Notes: generated by a model from the letters alone, not told the origin. Positions 38,948 through 49,720 are shown, counted from the first letter of the stretch. The stretch: DNA of 64,000 bases from Anaeromyxobacteraceae bacterium (GCA_047602405.1 JASGHJ010000002.1:2720001-2784000); one strand, 5' to 3'. Program-made: numbers and translations.

Positions 38948-41746
38948 CTACCGCTGCGGCCCCATGACGTAGCCGCTCGAGCGGTTCACGCGGAGCCGCT
39001 TCGCCTGGGGCGCCGCCAGCGGGGCGACCGCGGCGCCGCCGTCCTTCCGCACGACGAACGAGGCGAACATGTACGGGATCCCCGCGTAGGCGAAGTCCGG
39101 TGGGCCGTGCCGCCACGCGGGGACGTCGGCGAGGCGGCAGCCGGGCATCCGCGCGAGGAGCCGCTCGCCGAGATCGCGGGAGGTGTAGAAGCGGAAGTCC
39201 TCCTGCGGGACGCGGTCGCCGGGGCGGTACGCGTCGTTGAAGTCGCAGGTGAGGACGGCGTACCCGCCGGGCGCGAGCAGGTCGGCGATCTGCGCCACGA
39301 ACAGCCCGTCGTCCTCGACGTGCTCGATGACCGAGGTCGAGAAGACCACGTCGTAGGATGCCTTGCGCGTCTCCGGGCGGCGCCAGAAGGCGTCGAGGTC
39401 CCAGTTCAGCGCCGGGTCGATCTCCTCCACCGCGTAGCCGCAGGCCTTCACGCCGGCCGAGGCGGTGTCCTCGAAGGCCCCCACGCAGAGCACCCGCGGC
39501 GCGCGGTGGGCGGCGAGGAGCCTGCGGACCGTGTCGAACACGAACGCCTGCTGCACGTTCGCGGCCGGGATCTTCCGCGCCATCATCGCGGGCGCGAGCC
39601 GGAAGAGCTCGTCGACGACCGGCGCGTAGTGCGCCCGCGCGCGGTCGTCGAGCACGCGGTTGAGGACGCCGACCGTGGGCGCCTCCCCGGCCACCGGCGG
39701 GGCCGCCGGCCCTCCCCGCCCCAGGCGCACCGTGCGCAGCCCGGCCGCGGGCGGCGCCGCCACGGCGGTGACGCTGGCCGCCGGCGCCGCGGCGCGGTGG
39801 GCGGGCCGGGCGGCCATGCGGTCCAGCACCTCCTCCACGCCCTTCACGAACGCGGGCTCCTGCCAGTCGAGCAGGCAGGGCACGAGCGGCGCGTACCCCG
39901 ACGCGAGGATGTCCCTGAGGCTGCGGTCCTCGACGCAGATCGACGGCGAGAGGTGGTGCACGTGCCGGAACATCCCGGCCTTCGACACCGCCACCGGCCG
40001 GCCCGCCGCGATGGCCTTCTCCACCACCGACGAGATCCCCGCGCGCTTGTGGACGTCGTACAGGAAGACGTTCATGTGGTTGGAGGCGAGGAAGTCCATG
40101 ACCTCCCGGCGGTCGGCGAAGACCTCGTTCGTGACGACGCGGATGCCCGGCTTCGTGGCCGCGGCCCGGCAGCGCTCGGCGAGGTCGGGCACGCCCGCCA
40201 CGATGGCGTTCGGGGGCATGTGGATGCGGACCTCGGCCTCGTCGAACTCCTGCTGCACCCGCTCGACCAGCCGGACGAAGCCCTTGTCCTCGAAGGGGAA
40301 GCCGAAGCTGCCGATGCGCAGGCGCTCCGGGACGAGCCTCTGGGTGTTGACGTAGGTGGGGACGAGCCGCGGGATGCGGAGCGCGACCGGGTTCCGCTCG
40401 ATCAGGGTCGGATCCGGGCAGAGGTGGAAGTCGAACAGGGCGTCGTCCGCCGCGTCCGCCGCCTCCTGCGTCACCTCGTGCATGATCCCCGCCTGCACGC
40501 CGGGCAGGCTGCGGGTGATCTTCGCGGTGAGCCACGGCATCGTGGCCGGGTAGTGGTTGTAGAGCACGATCGCGGGCTTCACCGCGCCCACCGCGCGGCG
40601 GAGCTCCGCCTCGCCCGAGCACTCGGCGTAGAAGGCCTCCCACCGCTCGGCGCGGAGGAGCGCGCGGGTGATGTCCTCGCCGTACTGGTGGATGCCGCAC
40701 TCCTTCTCGGGGTGGTTGACGACGAGGACCTTCCGCCGCTCCACCGCCGGCGGCGTGCGGAGCGCGACCGTGGACGACGGCGCCGGGAGGAGCGCGAACC
40801 GCGCCAGCACCTCCTCGAACCGCGCGGCGAAGCGCTCCGCCGCCCAGTCCTCGCCCATCCGCAGCACCTCCGGCGGCGACAGCGCGATGGCCTCCTTCAG
40901 GCTCCGGTACGGGTACGGCCGCAGGTACGGGTGGATGTGGCGGAACGTCGGGTTCGTCCCCACGGCGAGCGGCCGCCGGGAGGCGATGGCCTGGTCGGTG
41001 GTCGCCGACAGGCCCGGCTGGTCGCGGTTGTAGAGGAAGCAGTTGAGCGTGTTCTGGCTGCACCAGGCGATGAGCTCCTGGTCCTCCATGAACCGGTGCG
41101 TGATCTCGACCTCGACCCCCGGCTTCGCCACCGCCCGGGCGAGCTCGCCGAGGTGCTCCGGGTAGGAGCGGGCGTGGATGACCTGGGTGAAGGGATCGGC
41201 GTAGGTGCCGGGCGGGATGTTGATGCGGACCTTCGCGCGCTCGAACTCGCGGTTCACCGCCTCCACGACGAGCTCGAACCCCTTCCCCGGCGTGCCGAAG
41301 CCGAAGGAGCCGATGACCGGCACCTCGGGCTCGACGTACGGGGTGAGCGTCACGGCCGGCTCGACCGGCCGCGGGAACGGGATGACCTTCGGGTCGGGGT
41401 GCACGAGCGAAGGGTCGAGCGGCAGGTACGCGTCGAACCGGTCCTTCGGGCAGAGCACGTACGGGTCGCCGGGGTTCACCTCGAGCACGAAGGTGAACCG
41501 GGGCGCCTTGCCGAGGCGGGCGAGGCTCGAGAGGTCGAGCCAGCCCATCGTCACGTGGTGGTAGTTGAAGGCGTAGAAGTCGTAGCCGCCCGGGATGGCC
41601 GGGTCGGCCTCGTCGATCTCGCGCCACTCGAGGTCGTACCGGGGCGAGCGCCGGAGGCACTCGTACATCATCCGGCCGGACTCGTAGATGGAGCACTGCG
41701 CCTTCTTCGGGTTCACGAACAGGCCGCGCGGCTTGCGCTCGCTCAT
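38948..41746 (-). CDS. Multidomain protein: two tandem GT-B-like repeats + SAM methyltransferase
   Basis: Internal duplication 'IGSFGFGTPGKGF...EFERAKVRINIPP' / 'IGSFGFPFEDKGF...EFDEAEVRIHMPP'; C-terminal 'YDVVFSTSVIEHV...LAPGG'. Confidence 0.75.
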   Translation of the reverse strand: MSERKPRGLFVNPKKAQCSIYESGRMMYECLRRSPRYDLEWREIDEADPAIPGGYDFYAFNYHHVTMGWLDLSSLARLGKAPRFTFVLEVNPGDPYVLCPKDRFDAYLPLDPSLVHPDPKVIPFPRPVEPAVTLTPYVEPEVPVIGSFGFGTPGKGFELVVEAVNREFERAKVRINIPPGTYADPFTQVIHARSYPEHLGELARAVAKPGVEVEITHRFMEDQELIAWCSQNTLNCFLYNRDQPGLSATTDQAIASRRPLAVGTNPTFRHIHPYLRPYPYRSLKEAIALSPPEVLRMGEDWAAERFAARFEEVLARFALLPAPSSTVALRTPPAVERRKVLVVNHPEKECGIHQYGEDITRALLRAERWEAFYAECSGEAELRRAVGAVKPAIVLYNHYPATMPWLTAKITRSLPGVQAGIMHEVTQEAADAADDALFDFHLCPDPTLIERNPVALRIPRLVPTYVNTQRLVPERLRIGSFGFPFEDKGFVRLVERVQQEFDEAEVRIHMPPNAIVAGVPDLAERCRAAATKPGIRVVTNEVFADRREVMDFLASNHMNVFLYDVHKRAGISSVVEKAIAAGRPVAVSKAGMFRHVHHLSPSICVEDRSLRDILASGYAPLVPCLLDWQEPAFVKGVEEVLDRMAARPAHRAAAPAASVTAVAAPPAAGLRTVRLGRGGPAAPPVAGEAPTVGVLNRVLDDRARAHYAPVVDELFRLAPAMMARKIPAANVQQAFVFDTVRRLLAAHRAPRVLCVGAFEDTASAGVKACGYAVEEIDPALNWDLDAFWRRPETRKASYDVVFSTSVIEHVEDDGLFVAQIADLLAPGGYAVLTCDFNDAYRPGDRVPQEDFRFYTSRDLGERLLARMPGCRLADVPAWRHGPPDFAYAGIPYMFASFVVRKDGGAAVAPLAAPQAKRLRVNRSSGYVMGPQR

Positions 41747-42720
41747 CGCTCTCTCCTGCGGAGGGTCTCGAGGTCGTCGTCCACCATCTCGGCGACGAGC
41801 CGCTCGAACGGCACGTCGTCGCGCCAGCCGAGCAGCGCGGCGGCGCGGGCGGGGTCGCCGACCAGGCCCGGGCGCGGGGGCCGCGGGATGGCCGGGTCCA
41901 CGACGACGTGCCGCCGCCAGTCGAGCCCGACGTGGGCGAAGGCGGCGGCGGCGAAGTCGCGGACGGTGTGGGCGGCGCCGGTCGCGAGGACGAGGTCCTC
42001 CGGGGCGTCGCGGCGGATCATGAGCGGCATGGCCCGGGCGAAGCTCCGGGCGTGGCCCCAGTCGCGGCGGGCGTCGAGGTCGCCGAGCGCGACCTCGCGG
42101 GCGAGGCCGAGCGCGACCCGGGCGGCGCCCGCGGAGATGGCCCGGGTCACGTACCCGGGCCCGCGGCGGGCGCTCTCGTGGTTGAAGAGGATCCCCGCGG
42201 CGGCGCGGAGGCCGCGCTCGCGGTAGTGGCGCACGATCCCCACCCCGGCCGCCTTCGCGATGGCGTACACGGAGCGCGGGTCGAGCGGGGTCCGCTCGTC
42301 GCAGGGCGAGGGCGCGTCGGGGGCGAACAGCTCGCTCGAGGCGGCGAAGAAGAAGCCCGCCCGGGGGCGGGCGGCGTGGAGCGCCGAGGCGAGCGCGTGG
42401 GTGGTGCCGATGGCGCCCTCGAGGAGCGCCTCCCCGGCGGCGACCGAGTCGACGGGCTTGCGGGTCCCGGTGAGGTGGTAGAGCTCGTCGGGCGCGACCG
42501 CGGCGACGAGCGCGCGCACCGCGGCGCGGTCCTCGAGCTCCACCGGGTGGAGCACGAGGCGCGGGTCACCGCGGTGCCGCGCGAGGCGCGGGTGCGCCCC
42601 GGCGTCGGCCGGGGTCCCGCGGCGGACGGTGCCGTGGACCTCGACGCCCTCCTCGAGGAGGAGGTCGGCGAGGAACGAGCCGTCCTGGCCCGCGAGGCCG
42701 GTGACGAGCGCGCGCGGCAT
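41743..42720 (-). CDS. gmd: GDP-mannose 4,6-dehydratase-like SDR
   Basis: 'ALVTGLAGQDGSFL', 'YAIAK', 'GILFNHES', 'RDWGHA'. Confidence 0.8.
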   Translation of the reverse strand: MPRALVTGLAGQDGSFLADLLLEEGVEVHGTVRRGTPADAGAHPRLARHRGDPRLVLHPVELEDRAAVRALVAAVAPDELYHLTGTRKPVDSVAAGEALLEGAIGTTHALASALHAARPRAGFFFAASSELFAPDAPSPCDERTPLDPRSVYAIAKAAGVGIVRHYRERGLRAAAGILFNHESARRGPGYVTRAISAGAARVALGLAREVALGDLDARRDWGHARSFARAMPLMIRRDAPEDLVLATGAAHTVRDFAAAAFAHVGLDWRRHVVVDPAIPRPPRPGLVGDPARAAALLGWRDDVPFERLVAEMVDDDLETLRRRER

Positions 42721-42738
42721 CCCCCGAGCCCCGGCGCC

Positions 42739-44002
42739 CTAGGGCGCCTTCACGATCCGGATCTCGGGGAGCGGGAAGATCATCCCCGTCCCGTTCTCGA
42801 TCGTCTTCTTCTCCCGCTCCAGGAACTCCTCCTGGAAGTGCCAGGGGAGCACGAGGAAGTAGTCGGGCTTCAGGCCGCGGCTCTCCTCCTCGGAGACGAT
42901 CGGGATGTCGGTGCCGATGGTGCGCGCGCCGTACTTGTCGGGGTTGCGCTCGGCGGCCATGTCGATGAGCCGGCTGTCGATGCCGCACCACTGCAGGATG
43001 GTGTTGCCCTTCGTGGACGCGCCGTAGATGTGGATGCGCTTGCCGTCCTTCTTGAGCCCCTTGAGGAGCGCGTTCAGCTTGTCCTTGTGGACGTTGATGC
43101 GGTCCTGGAAGTGCCGGTACGGCTTGTCGGTGTCGAGCTCGAGAATCGAACTCGTCCTGGCGCATCTTCGAGATCTCCTGCGCCCACTCGGCCTTGCGGT
43201 ACTTGAGGCAGGTGTTGCGCGCGGCGTAGACGCGGAGGCTGCCGCCGTTGATGTCGTTCGTCGACACCCGCACGGCCTTGAGGCCGGCGCGGCCGAGGAT
43301 CTTCTCGATGACCGAGAGCGAGTAGTACTCGAGGTGCTCGTGGCAGATCGTGTCGTAGCTGTTCATCTGCAGCATGAACGGCATGTAGCTCATCTCGAGG
43401 ATCCACACGCCGTCGGCCGCCAGCACCTCGCGGATGTTCTTCGCGAAGTCGACCGGCGACTCGAGGTCGTAGAACATCGCGATGGAGGTCACGATGTCGA
43501 CCTTCCGCTCGCCGAGGAGCTGGGTCAGCTCGGGCGACGGGAACAGGTCCTTCACCACGGTGATGCCGTCCTTCACCTCGCTCGCGACGTCGGACGGGTC
43601 GATGCCGAACTTCTCGACCCGGTTCGAGTAGGCGCGGAGCAGGGTGCCGTCGTTGCAGCCGATGTCGAGCGCGGTGACCGCGTTGCGGTTCACCATCGCC
43701 TCGGCCTCCTCGGCGATCCGCTTCAGGTGGTTTCGCATCGTGGCGTTCGTGCCCGAGCGGTACCAGTAGGCGCTGTAGAGCACCTCGGGCGGCACCGAGT
43801 GCTCCATCTGCAGGAGGCCGCAGGCGTGCTCGTCCTGGGTCGGGTCGCAGCGCGAGAGCGTGCACGGGATCTTCCGGAGCGGCGGCTCCTCCTTGCCGGG
43901 CTTCAGGAACGAGCCCTGGAGGTACTGCTCGCCGAGGTCGATGACCGGCTTCAGCGCGGTCGAGCCGCACACGCGGCAGGTCTTGCGGTGGATGAGGTGC
44001 AT
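42739..44002 (-). CDS. NDP-sugar C-methyltransferase (zinc-binding N-terminus); apparent frameshift at about 43145
   Basis: 'CRVCGS', 'YWYRSG', 'DIGCNDG', 'HEHLEYYS', 'YGASTKGN', 'LPWHF'; removing one base at GAATC (43143-43147) joins both parts. Confidence 0.88.
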
Positions 44003-44242
44003 GTTCGCGTTGCCTCCGAAGGTCGCCCCGCCGCGGCCGCGGGCCGGGTCGGGTCCACCTTGAGCAACGGCTGTGCCTCCCGGCGAGAGCGCACCCAAGT
44101 GACCGAAACCACGGCACAATCGGGCGTCACCCCGCTGACGGGACGGCGGCGCCGCCAGAACCGTGACGGGCGAGCGCCAGCCATTTGCCCCGGCGGCGGG
44201 GCGAGGCGAGACTCGGCTCCGTCCTTCAGCCGGAGGCGCGCC

Positions 44243-44632
44243 ATGTCGGTGATGGTCGAGGTGTCGTGGGGAGAGATGATCGACAAGGTCACGATCCTCC
44301 AGATCAAGCGGGCGCGCATCCAGGACCCCGCGAAGCTCGCGAACGTGCAGCGCGAGCTCGACGCGCTCGCGAAGGCCCGCGCCGACGCGCTCGCGCGCTC
44401 GCCGCGCATGGCCGAGCTCGAGGCGGAGCTCCGGCGGGTGAACGAGGTGCTCTGGGAGAACGAGGACGTGCTGCGCGACCTCGAGCGGGCGAAGGACTAC
44501 GGCCCGCGCTTCGTCGAGGCGGCGCGCATGGCCTACCGCACGAACGACCGCCGCGCGGTGGTGAAGCGCGAGATCAACGACCTCCTCGGCAGCGCGCTCG
44601 TCGAGGAGAAGAGCTACGCGAAGTACGAGTAG
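44243..44632 (+). CDS. DUF6165 family protein
   Basis: 'VSWGEMIDKVTILQIK...LWENED...NDRRA..KREIN...EEKSY'. Confidence 0.85.
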   Translation: MSVMVEVSWGEMIDKVTILQIKRARIQDPAKLANVQRELDALAKARADALARSPRMAELEAELRRVNEVLWENEDVLRDLERAKDYGPRFVEAARMAYRTNDRRAVVKREINDLLGSALVEEKSYAKYE

Positions 44633-44885
44633 CGTTCGACGCGCTGCGCTGCGCCCAACGGGTTAGGACTCACCCCGAGTAACGTCCGTTTTCCGTCCGC
44701 GATCCTCACCTCGACGGGGTGCGGAGCATGTACCGCTCCGTACGGTTCGTGCGCTCCGCGTGCGCGCCCTCGCATGCTCCTGCCCGCAACTCCCATCGAT
44801 CGGAGCCCGGACCTCCCGCGCAGGGGCAGGACCCGGGCTCCGTCCCAGCCAAGGGCGCCCGGGGACGCCCGAGGAGAGAACGACC

Positions 44886-47800
44886 ATGACGAACCAGGGG
44901 ACCTGGCTCAGGGCGGCCGTGTTGCTCGGCTTCCTCGCCGCGTGCAACCGGCAGCCCGCGCAGCAGCGCGAGGTGAAGCCGCCGAACGACAACACCGCGC
45001 TCGCCGAGGAGCGCCGCAAGCCCGAGGGCGCGCTCGAGGCGGAGATCGAGCCGCGGGGCGAGGAGGAGAAGGGCGACTTCGACGCCGACGATCCCGGCTA
45101 CCGCCTCGACTGGGAGCGCGCGGCCTGGGGCTCCTCGTCCTCCGAGTTCCGCTCCAACCTGCTCCGCCTCGGCGCCGAGTACGCGAGGAAGAAGTACCTC
45201 TCGGGCCCGCGCTGGGTGAACGTCGGCCCGACCGGCTCCCGCTACGAGCAGAACGGCTCCTTCACCGGCCAGGTGCGCGACTCCGGCCGCATGCGCACAA
45301 TCCTCCCTCACCCGTTCCTGTCCGACGTCGTCTACGTCCTCACCTCCGGCGGCGGCCTGTGGGTGACCACGAACTGGGGCTCCTCGAACACCCGCTGGAC
45401 GGTCCTCACCGACGACCTCCCGACGACCGGCGGCGGCGCGGTCGCGTTCGGCAAGTACCCGACCACGCTGTACCTCGGCCTCGGCGACCCTTACGACCAG
45501 ATCACGGTCGGCGGCGCGATGGTGCGGTCGACCACCGCCGGCCTGTCCTGGTCCGCCCCGGTGGAGCTCGGCGCGGCGGTCTCGGTGCGCGACGTGAAGG
45601 TCGACACGAGCGGCAGGACCGACGTCGTCCTCGCCGCGACCGACGTCGGCCTCTACCGCTCCGCGGACGGCGGGGCGACCTACGCCTCGGTCCCCGCGCT
45701 CGACGGGCAGTCGGTCTGGAGCATCCAGAAGACGAGCGCGGGCTGGCTCGTCTCCGCCCAGCCCTGCCCGGTCGGCTTCGGCGGCCTGCAGTGCCCGTCC
45801 CCCACGACGCTCTGGCTCTCCACCGACAGGGGCGCCACCTTCGCGCCGGTCGCCAACACCGGCGGCGGCTTCGCGAACGCCGGCCGCACGACCCTCGCCG
45901 CGGCGAACCCCGGTGAGGCGGTCGTGTACGCGTACTCCTCCACGGTCGGCGACGCGCAGATGCTGGACGTGTTCCGCTCGAACGACGGCGGCCAGACCTG
46001 GCTCGGCACCGGCACGAACTCGACCAAGCTCCCGACGAACCCGGTCGCGGGAAGCCAGCCGAACATGAACATCTGCGGGGCCCAGTGCTGGTACGACCAG
46101 ATGATCGTGGTCGACCCGCGCGACGCCGCGCGCGGGACGCTCTGGATCGGCGGCAACCTCGCCTCCGCGCAGTCGAAGGACGGCGGCGCCACCTGGACGC
46201 TCAAGAGCTGGTGGCTCTACGAGCAGGTGCCCTCGCTGCCGTACGCCCACGCCGACTTCCACGCGGCCGCGTTCAAGACGACCGGCACGCCGACCCTCAT
46301 CCTGGGCAACGACGGCGGCATGAACACCACCACCGACGACGGCGCGACCTTCTCGTCGGACAAGAACAACGGCCTCGCGACGCACCTCTACTACACGGTC
46401 ACCGGCAACCCGAAGCTGCCGAACGCGATCCTGGGCGGCCTGCAGGACAACGGCACGCGCCTGCGCTCCGACAACGGCACGATCCACGACCAGGTGATCG
46501 GCGGCGACGGCATGGGCGCGGCCTGGAGCCAGGACAACACCAACACCGTCATCGGCTCCTCGCAGGGCTCGTCGATGCGGACGAACCAGTCGAACAACGT
46601 CCCCGACCGGTTCCAGAACTGGGCCGCGGCGACGTCCGGCCTCTCCGACGTCGGCTTCGGCTTCTTCACCTCCATCACCCCCGCGCCCGCGGGCCTCGAC
46701 CCCACCGGCAAGGTCTTCTTCCACTTCTCGAACGCGCGCGTGTGGCGCTCGAACAACGGCGGCCTCACCTGGACCCGCATCGGCTCGGCCATCGCGCCGA
46801 CGTCGCCGGGCCTGCCCACGGCCCGCCGCTTCCGCTCGAGCCCCTACAACCTCGGGGTGTCGCCCACCGACCTCAACCGCATCGCGGTCGGCGCCGGCGG
46901 CGGCTTCCTCGACGTCACCACCGACGGCGGGGCGACCTGGACCGACCTCAACCTCGTCGCGCTCGCGCCCGGCTACCAGGGCTTCGTGACGAACGTGACC
47001 TGGCAGGACAACCAGCACCTGTGGGTCACGTCGGTGGCGCAGGCCGCGGGGGCGGTGCGCGTCCTGAAGGGCACCCTCGCCAACCCGACCGACTCCTGGT
47101 CGACCGCGACCTGGACGGCGATGACGACGGGCCTGCCGGACCTGCCGGTCACGCGGATCCTCTTCGACCCGCGCGACGCGACCCGGAAGACGATCTACGC
47201 GGCCACCCACGTCGGCGTGTACGCCTCGAAGGACGGCGGCGCGACCTGGGCGCTCTTCGGCACCGGCCTGCCCGCGGTCCGCGTGAACGACATCTACATG
47301 CCGCCCGACGGCGGGTCGATGCGCATCGCGACCTACGGCCGCGGCGTGTGGGAGCTCCCGCAGGTCGAGTTCGTCTCGGCGGTCTTCTCCGACGGCGGCG
47401 AGGACGAGGACGACTGCGACAACGATCACGACCGCGTCCTCGACAACGGCGAGCGCGGCCACCTCGCGATCAAGGTGCAGAACCAGGGGTACAACCCGCT
47501 CAAGACGGTGAAGATCACCGTCACGTCGTCGAACCCGCACGTCACCTTCCCGAGGGGCAACGTGGTCACCATCTCCCCGCTCTACGGCGGCGACGACCGC
47601 ACGCGGTACGTGAAGGTGGCGCTCGCGGGCGCGACGGGCGTCGAGACCGTCGACTACACGATCCGGATCGAGGCCGACGCGATCCTGCCTGGCGGCTACA
47701 CGGTCACCTCCACCCAGCGCGTGAACTACGACGAGGTGCAGAACGCCTCGGCGACCGACACGTTCGACGCGAAGGTCTCGCCCTGGGTCGCCTCCGGCGG

Positions 47801-48377
47801 CGCGACGACGATGCCCAACATCGCGGCGTGGCAGGTCCGGGCGCTCTCGCCCACCCGGAACGTCATCTGGGGGCCGGACAACAACGGCCAGACCGACGGC
47901 GTCCGTCCGGACGGCCCGGACGAGCAGAGCCTCACCTCGCCCGTGCTGAAGGTGGGCACCGACCCGCTCGTCCTCTCGTTCACGCACCGGTACGCGTTCG
48001 AGAACGGCGGCTGGGACGGCGGCGTGATCGAGATCTCGAACGACGGCGGCGCGACCTGGGCCCCCCTGCCGGGCGTGCCCTACACCGGCGCGACCAACAC
48101 GGTCACCTCGGCGCCGATCGGCGTCAGCCGCCCTGCCTTCGTGAACCGCCCGGCCACCTGGCCGGCGTTCACGAACGTCACCGTCGACGCCGGCACCGCG
48201 TACGCGGGCCAGGACGTGAAGATCCGGTTCCGCGTCGGCGCGGACGAGTCGACGGGCGCGCCGGGCTGGGAGATCGGTGACGTCGCCATCGGCGGCCTCA
48301 CCAACACGCCGTTCCCGGCGCTCGTCCCGGACGCGTCCCTCCGGTCCAGGACCGGCAACACCGTGGCCCAGAAGTGA
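44886..48377 (+). CDS. Large lipoprotein with BNR/Asp-box beta-propeller and C-terminal beta-sandwich domains
   Basis: Lipobox LAAC; repeated 'SxDGGATW'; 'GGLQDNG', 'GGDG', 'ATYGRGVW', 'WDGGVIEISNDGG'. Confidence 0.8.
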   Translation: MTNQGTWLRAAVLLGFLAACNRQPAQQREVKPPNDNTALAEERRKPEGALEAEIEPRGEEEKGDFDADDPGYRLDWERAAWGSSSSEFRSNLLRLGAEYARKKYLSGPRWVNVGPTGSRYEQNGSFTGQVRDSGRMRTILPHPFLSDVVYVLTSGGGLWVTTNWGSSNTRWTVLTDDLPTTGGGAVAFGKYPTTLYLGLGDPYDQITVGGAMVRSTTAGLSWSAPVELGAAVSVRDVKVDTSGRTDVVLAATDVGLYRSADGGATYASVPALDGQSVWSIQKTSAGWLVSAQPCPVGFGGLQCPSPTTLWLSTDRGATFAPVANTGGGFANAGRTTLAAANPGEAVVYAYSSTVGDAQMLDVFRSNDGGQTWLGTGTNSTKLPTNPVAGSQPNMNICGAQCWYDQMIVVDPRDAARGTLWIGGNLASAQSKDGGATWTLKSWWLYEQVPSLPYAHADFHAAAFKTTGTPTLILGNDGGMNTTTDDGATFSSDKNNGLATHLYYTVTGNPKLPNAILGGLQDNGTRLRSDNGTIHDQVIGGDGMGAAWSQDNTNTVIGSSQGSSMRTNQSNNVPDRFQNWAAATSGLSDVGFGFFTSITPAPAGLDPTGKVFFHFSNARVWRSNNGGLTWTRIGSAIAPTSPGLPTARRFRSSPYNLGVSPTDLNRIAVGAGGGFLDVTTDGGATWTDLNLVALAPGYQGFVTNVTWQDNQHLWVTSVAQAAGAVRVLKGTLANPTDSWSTATWTAMTTGLPDLPVTRILFDPRDATRKTIYAATHVGVYASKDGGATWALFGTGLPAVRVNDIYMPPDGGSMRIATYGRGVWELPQVEFVSAVFSDGGEDEDDCDNDHDRVLDNGERGHLAIKVQNQGYNPLKTVKITVTSSNPHVTFPRGNVVTISPLYGGDDRTRYVKVALAGATGVETVDYTIRIEADAILPGGYTVTSTQRVNYDEVQNASATDTFDAKVSPWVASGGATTMPNIAAWQVRALSPTRNVIWGPDNNGQTDGVRPDGPDEQSLTSPVLKVGTDPLVLSFTHRYAFENGGWDGGVIEISNDGGATWAPLPGVPYTGATNTVTSAPIGVSRPAFVNRPATWPAFTNVTVDAGTAYAGQDVKIRFRVGADESTGAPGWEIGDVAIGGLTNTPFPALVPDASLRSRTGNTVAQK

Positions 48378-48385
48378 CCTGAAGG

Positions 48386-48418
48386 CCGGAGGGGTTCCGC
48401 TCCGCGGGACCCCTCCGG
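48386..48418. terminator. Hairpin downstream of the BNR lipoprotein gene
   Basis: CCGGAGGGGTTCCGC-TCC-GCGGGACCCCTCCGG. Confidence 0.55.
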
Positions 48419-48475
48419 TACAATCCGCTTCGACTTTCCGTGCAGCCATAACCCTGCCCACACGAGGTTCTCCCC

Positions 48476-49108
48476 GTGCTCGTCATCGCTTTCGTGGCAT
48501 CGCTCGTGCTCGCCGGAACCGACCACAGCGGCCTCGTCATCGAGGCGCCGTCGGTCCCCGAGAACCGCACCGTCGCCGTCGACAGCGGCGGCGGCATCGA
48601 GGCCGGTGAGGCGACGGGCTACCTCTCCGGCCGCTGGCAGGTCACGAACCGCCTCGCGCTGACCGCGGGCGTCTCCTACCTCAGGGGCGAGGCCGGCCCG
48701 AACGCGGGCCTGCGCCTGAAGCTCGTGGACGGCCTCACCGCGGGCGTCCGCCTCAAGTCCGAGGGCTTCGAGCCCGAGGGCGCCGAGGTCGAGGCCTCGA
48801 TGATCGGCGGCCTCTCCCTGGGCAAGCTGGACCTCATGGGCTCCGCCACCGTCGGCTACGGCGAGGAGACCGTGGACGTCGAGGGCGCCGCCGCCGCGCG
48901 GACGACGTTCTCGCGGATCTTCGATCTCGGCGTCGAGGGCCGGTACCGCGGGGCGACGAACGGCACGAAGCACGACCTGGTGGCCGGCCCGGCCTTCGGC
49001 GTCACCTTCGCGGGCGGCACCGTGCGCGTCCAGGCGCTCGCGGGCTACGCCTCGAACGAGAAGGACCGGGGCGTGGCCGCGTTCCTCGGGCTCGCGGTCT
49101 ACAACTAG
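48476..49108 (+). CDS. Putative outer-membrane beta-barrel protein
   Basis: Signal-like N-terminus; alternating hydrophobic strands; C-terminal 'LGLAVYN'. Confidence 0.65.
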   Translation: MLVIAFVASLVLAGTDHSGLVIEAPSVPENRTVAVDSGGGIEAGEATGYLSGRWQVTNRLALTAGVSYLRGEAGPNAGLRLKLVDGLTAGVRLKSEGFEPEGAEVEASMIGGLSLGKLDLMGSATVGYGEETVDVEGAAAARTTFSRIFDLGVEGRYRGATNGTKHDLVAGPAFGVTFAGGTVRVQALAGYASNEKDRGVAAFLGLAVYN

Positions 49109-49720
49109 CCTCCCGCGGCACCCACAGCCGTCGGCCGCGGTCTCCGGATCGGCGGCCGATGTCGTTCACCCCTGCCAGCGTTTCAGTAGGCGGCCGCCTC
49201 TCCGCGCCTCTCCGCTCCTCGGGCCCCAAGGCAAAGGCCCGCCGCGGAGGGGATCCTGGAGACGTGTCCGAACGGATGGAGACCCGCGGCACGTCCACGC
49301 ATGCCAGCCGAGAGAGACGTCGCCGTTGCGGTCACGTCGCCGCTCGGCTGTCATGCTCCGTGCAAATCGCGGCTCCGTCGTCGGGCGGGCCAGCCGGGGG
49401 CCCTGCGGGGCAGAGAGGCCCTGCGAGGCGGCCGCCGAGGATAGGTTGGGATGGGCGAACGACCGCGGAGGCGAACGGAGTTGCGAGCCGGGTGCGCTCC
49501 CTCAAGCAGGATCGATCGTGGAGGACGCCTCGGTCGGGCGGTGCCTCTTCGGCGCCCTGCTCAGACCACGTGTGAAACTCTGCGTAGAGGAGTCGACGAC
49601 GCCCGCCTGCGTCCCTGCAGGGACATCATCGATGAATGACCTCACGGATTCCGGGTTCACCCGGAGGAAGGTCCGGCTGCCGGTCCGAGAGAGGAGCGCC
49701 CCCTCGGACTCGCCCGCCGC

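Noticed and set aside
8464..43147. Seven pseudogenes or programmed frameshifts
   Set aside because: The genes are otherwise intact and every break sits on GATC or GCTCTTC with no slippery sequence; systematic sequencing error is more parsimonious.
44633..44880. Riboswitch upstream of the BNR lipoprotein
   Set aside because: Only generic GC hairpins and degenerate REP-like fragments are present, with no recognisable aptamer consensus.
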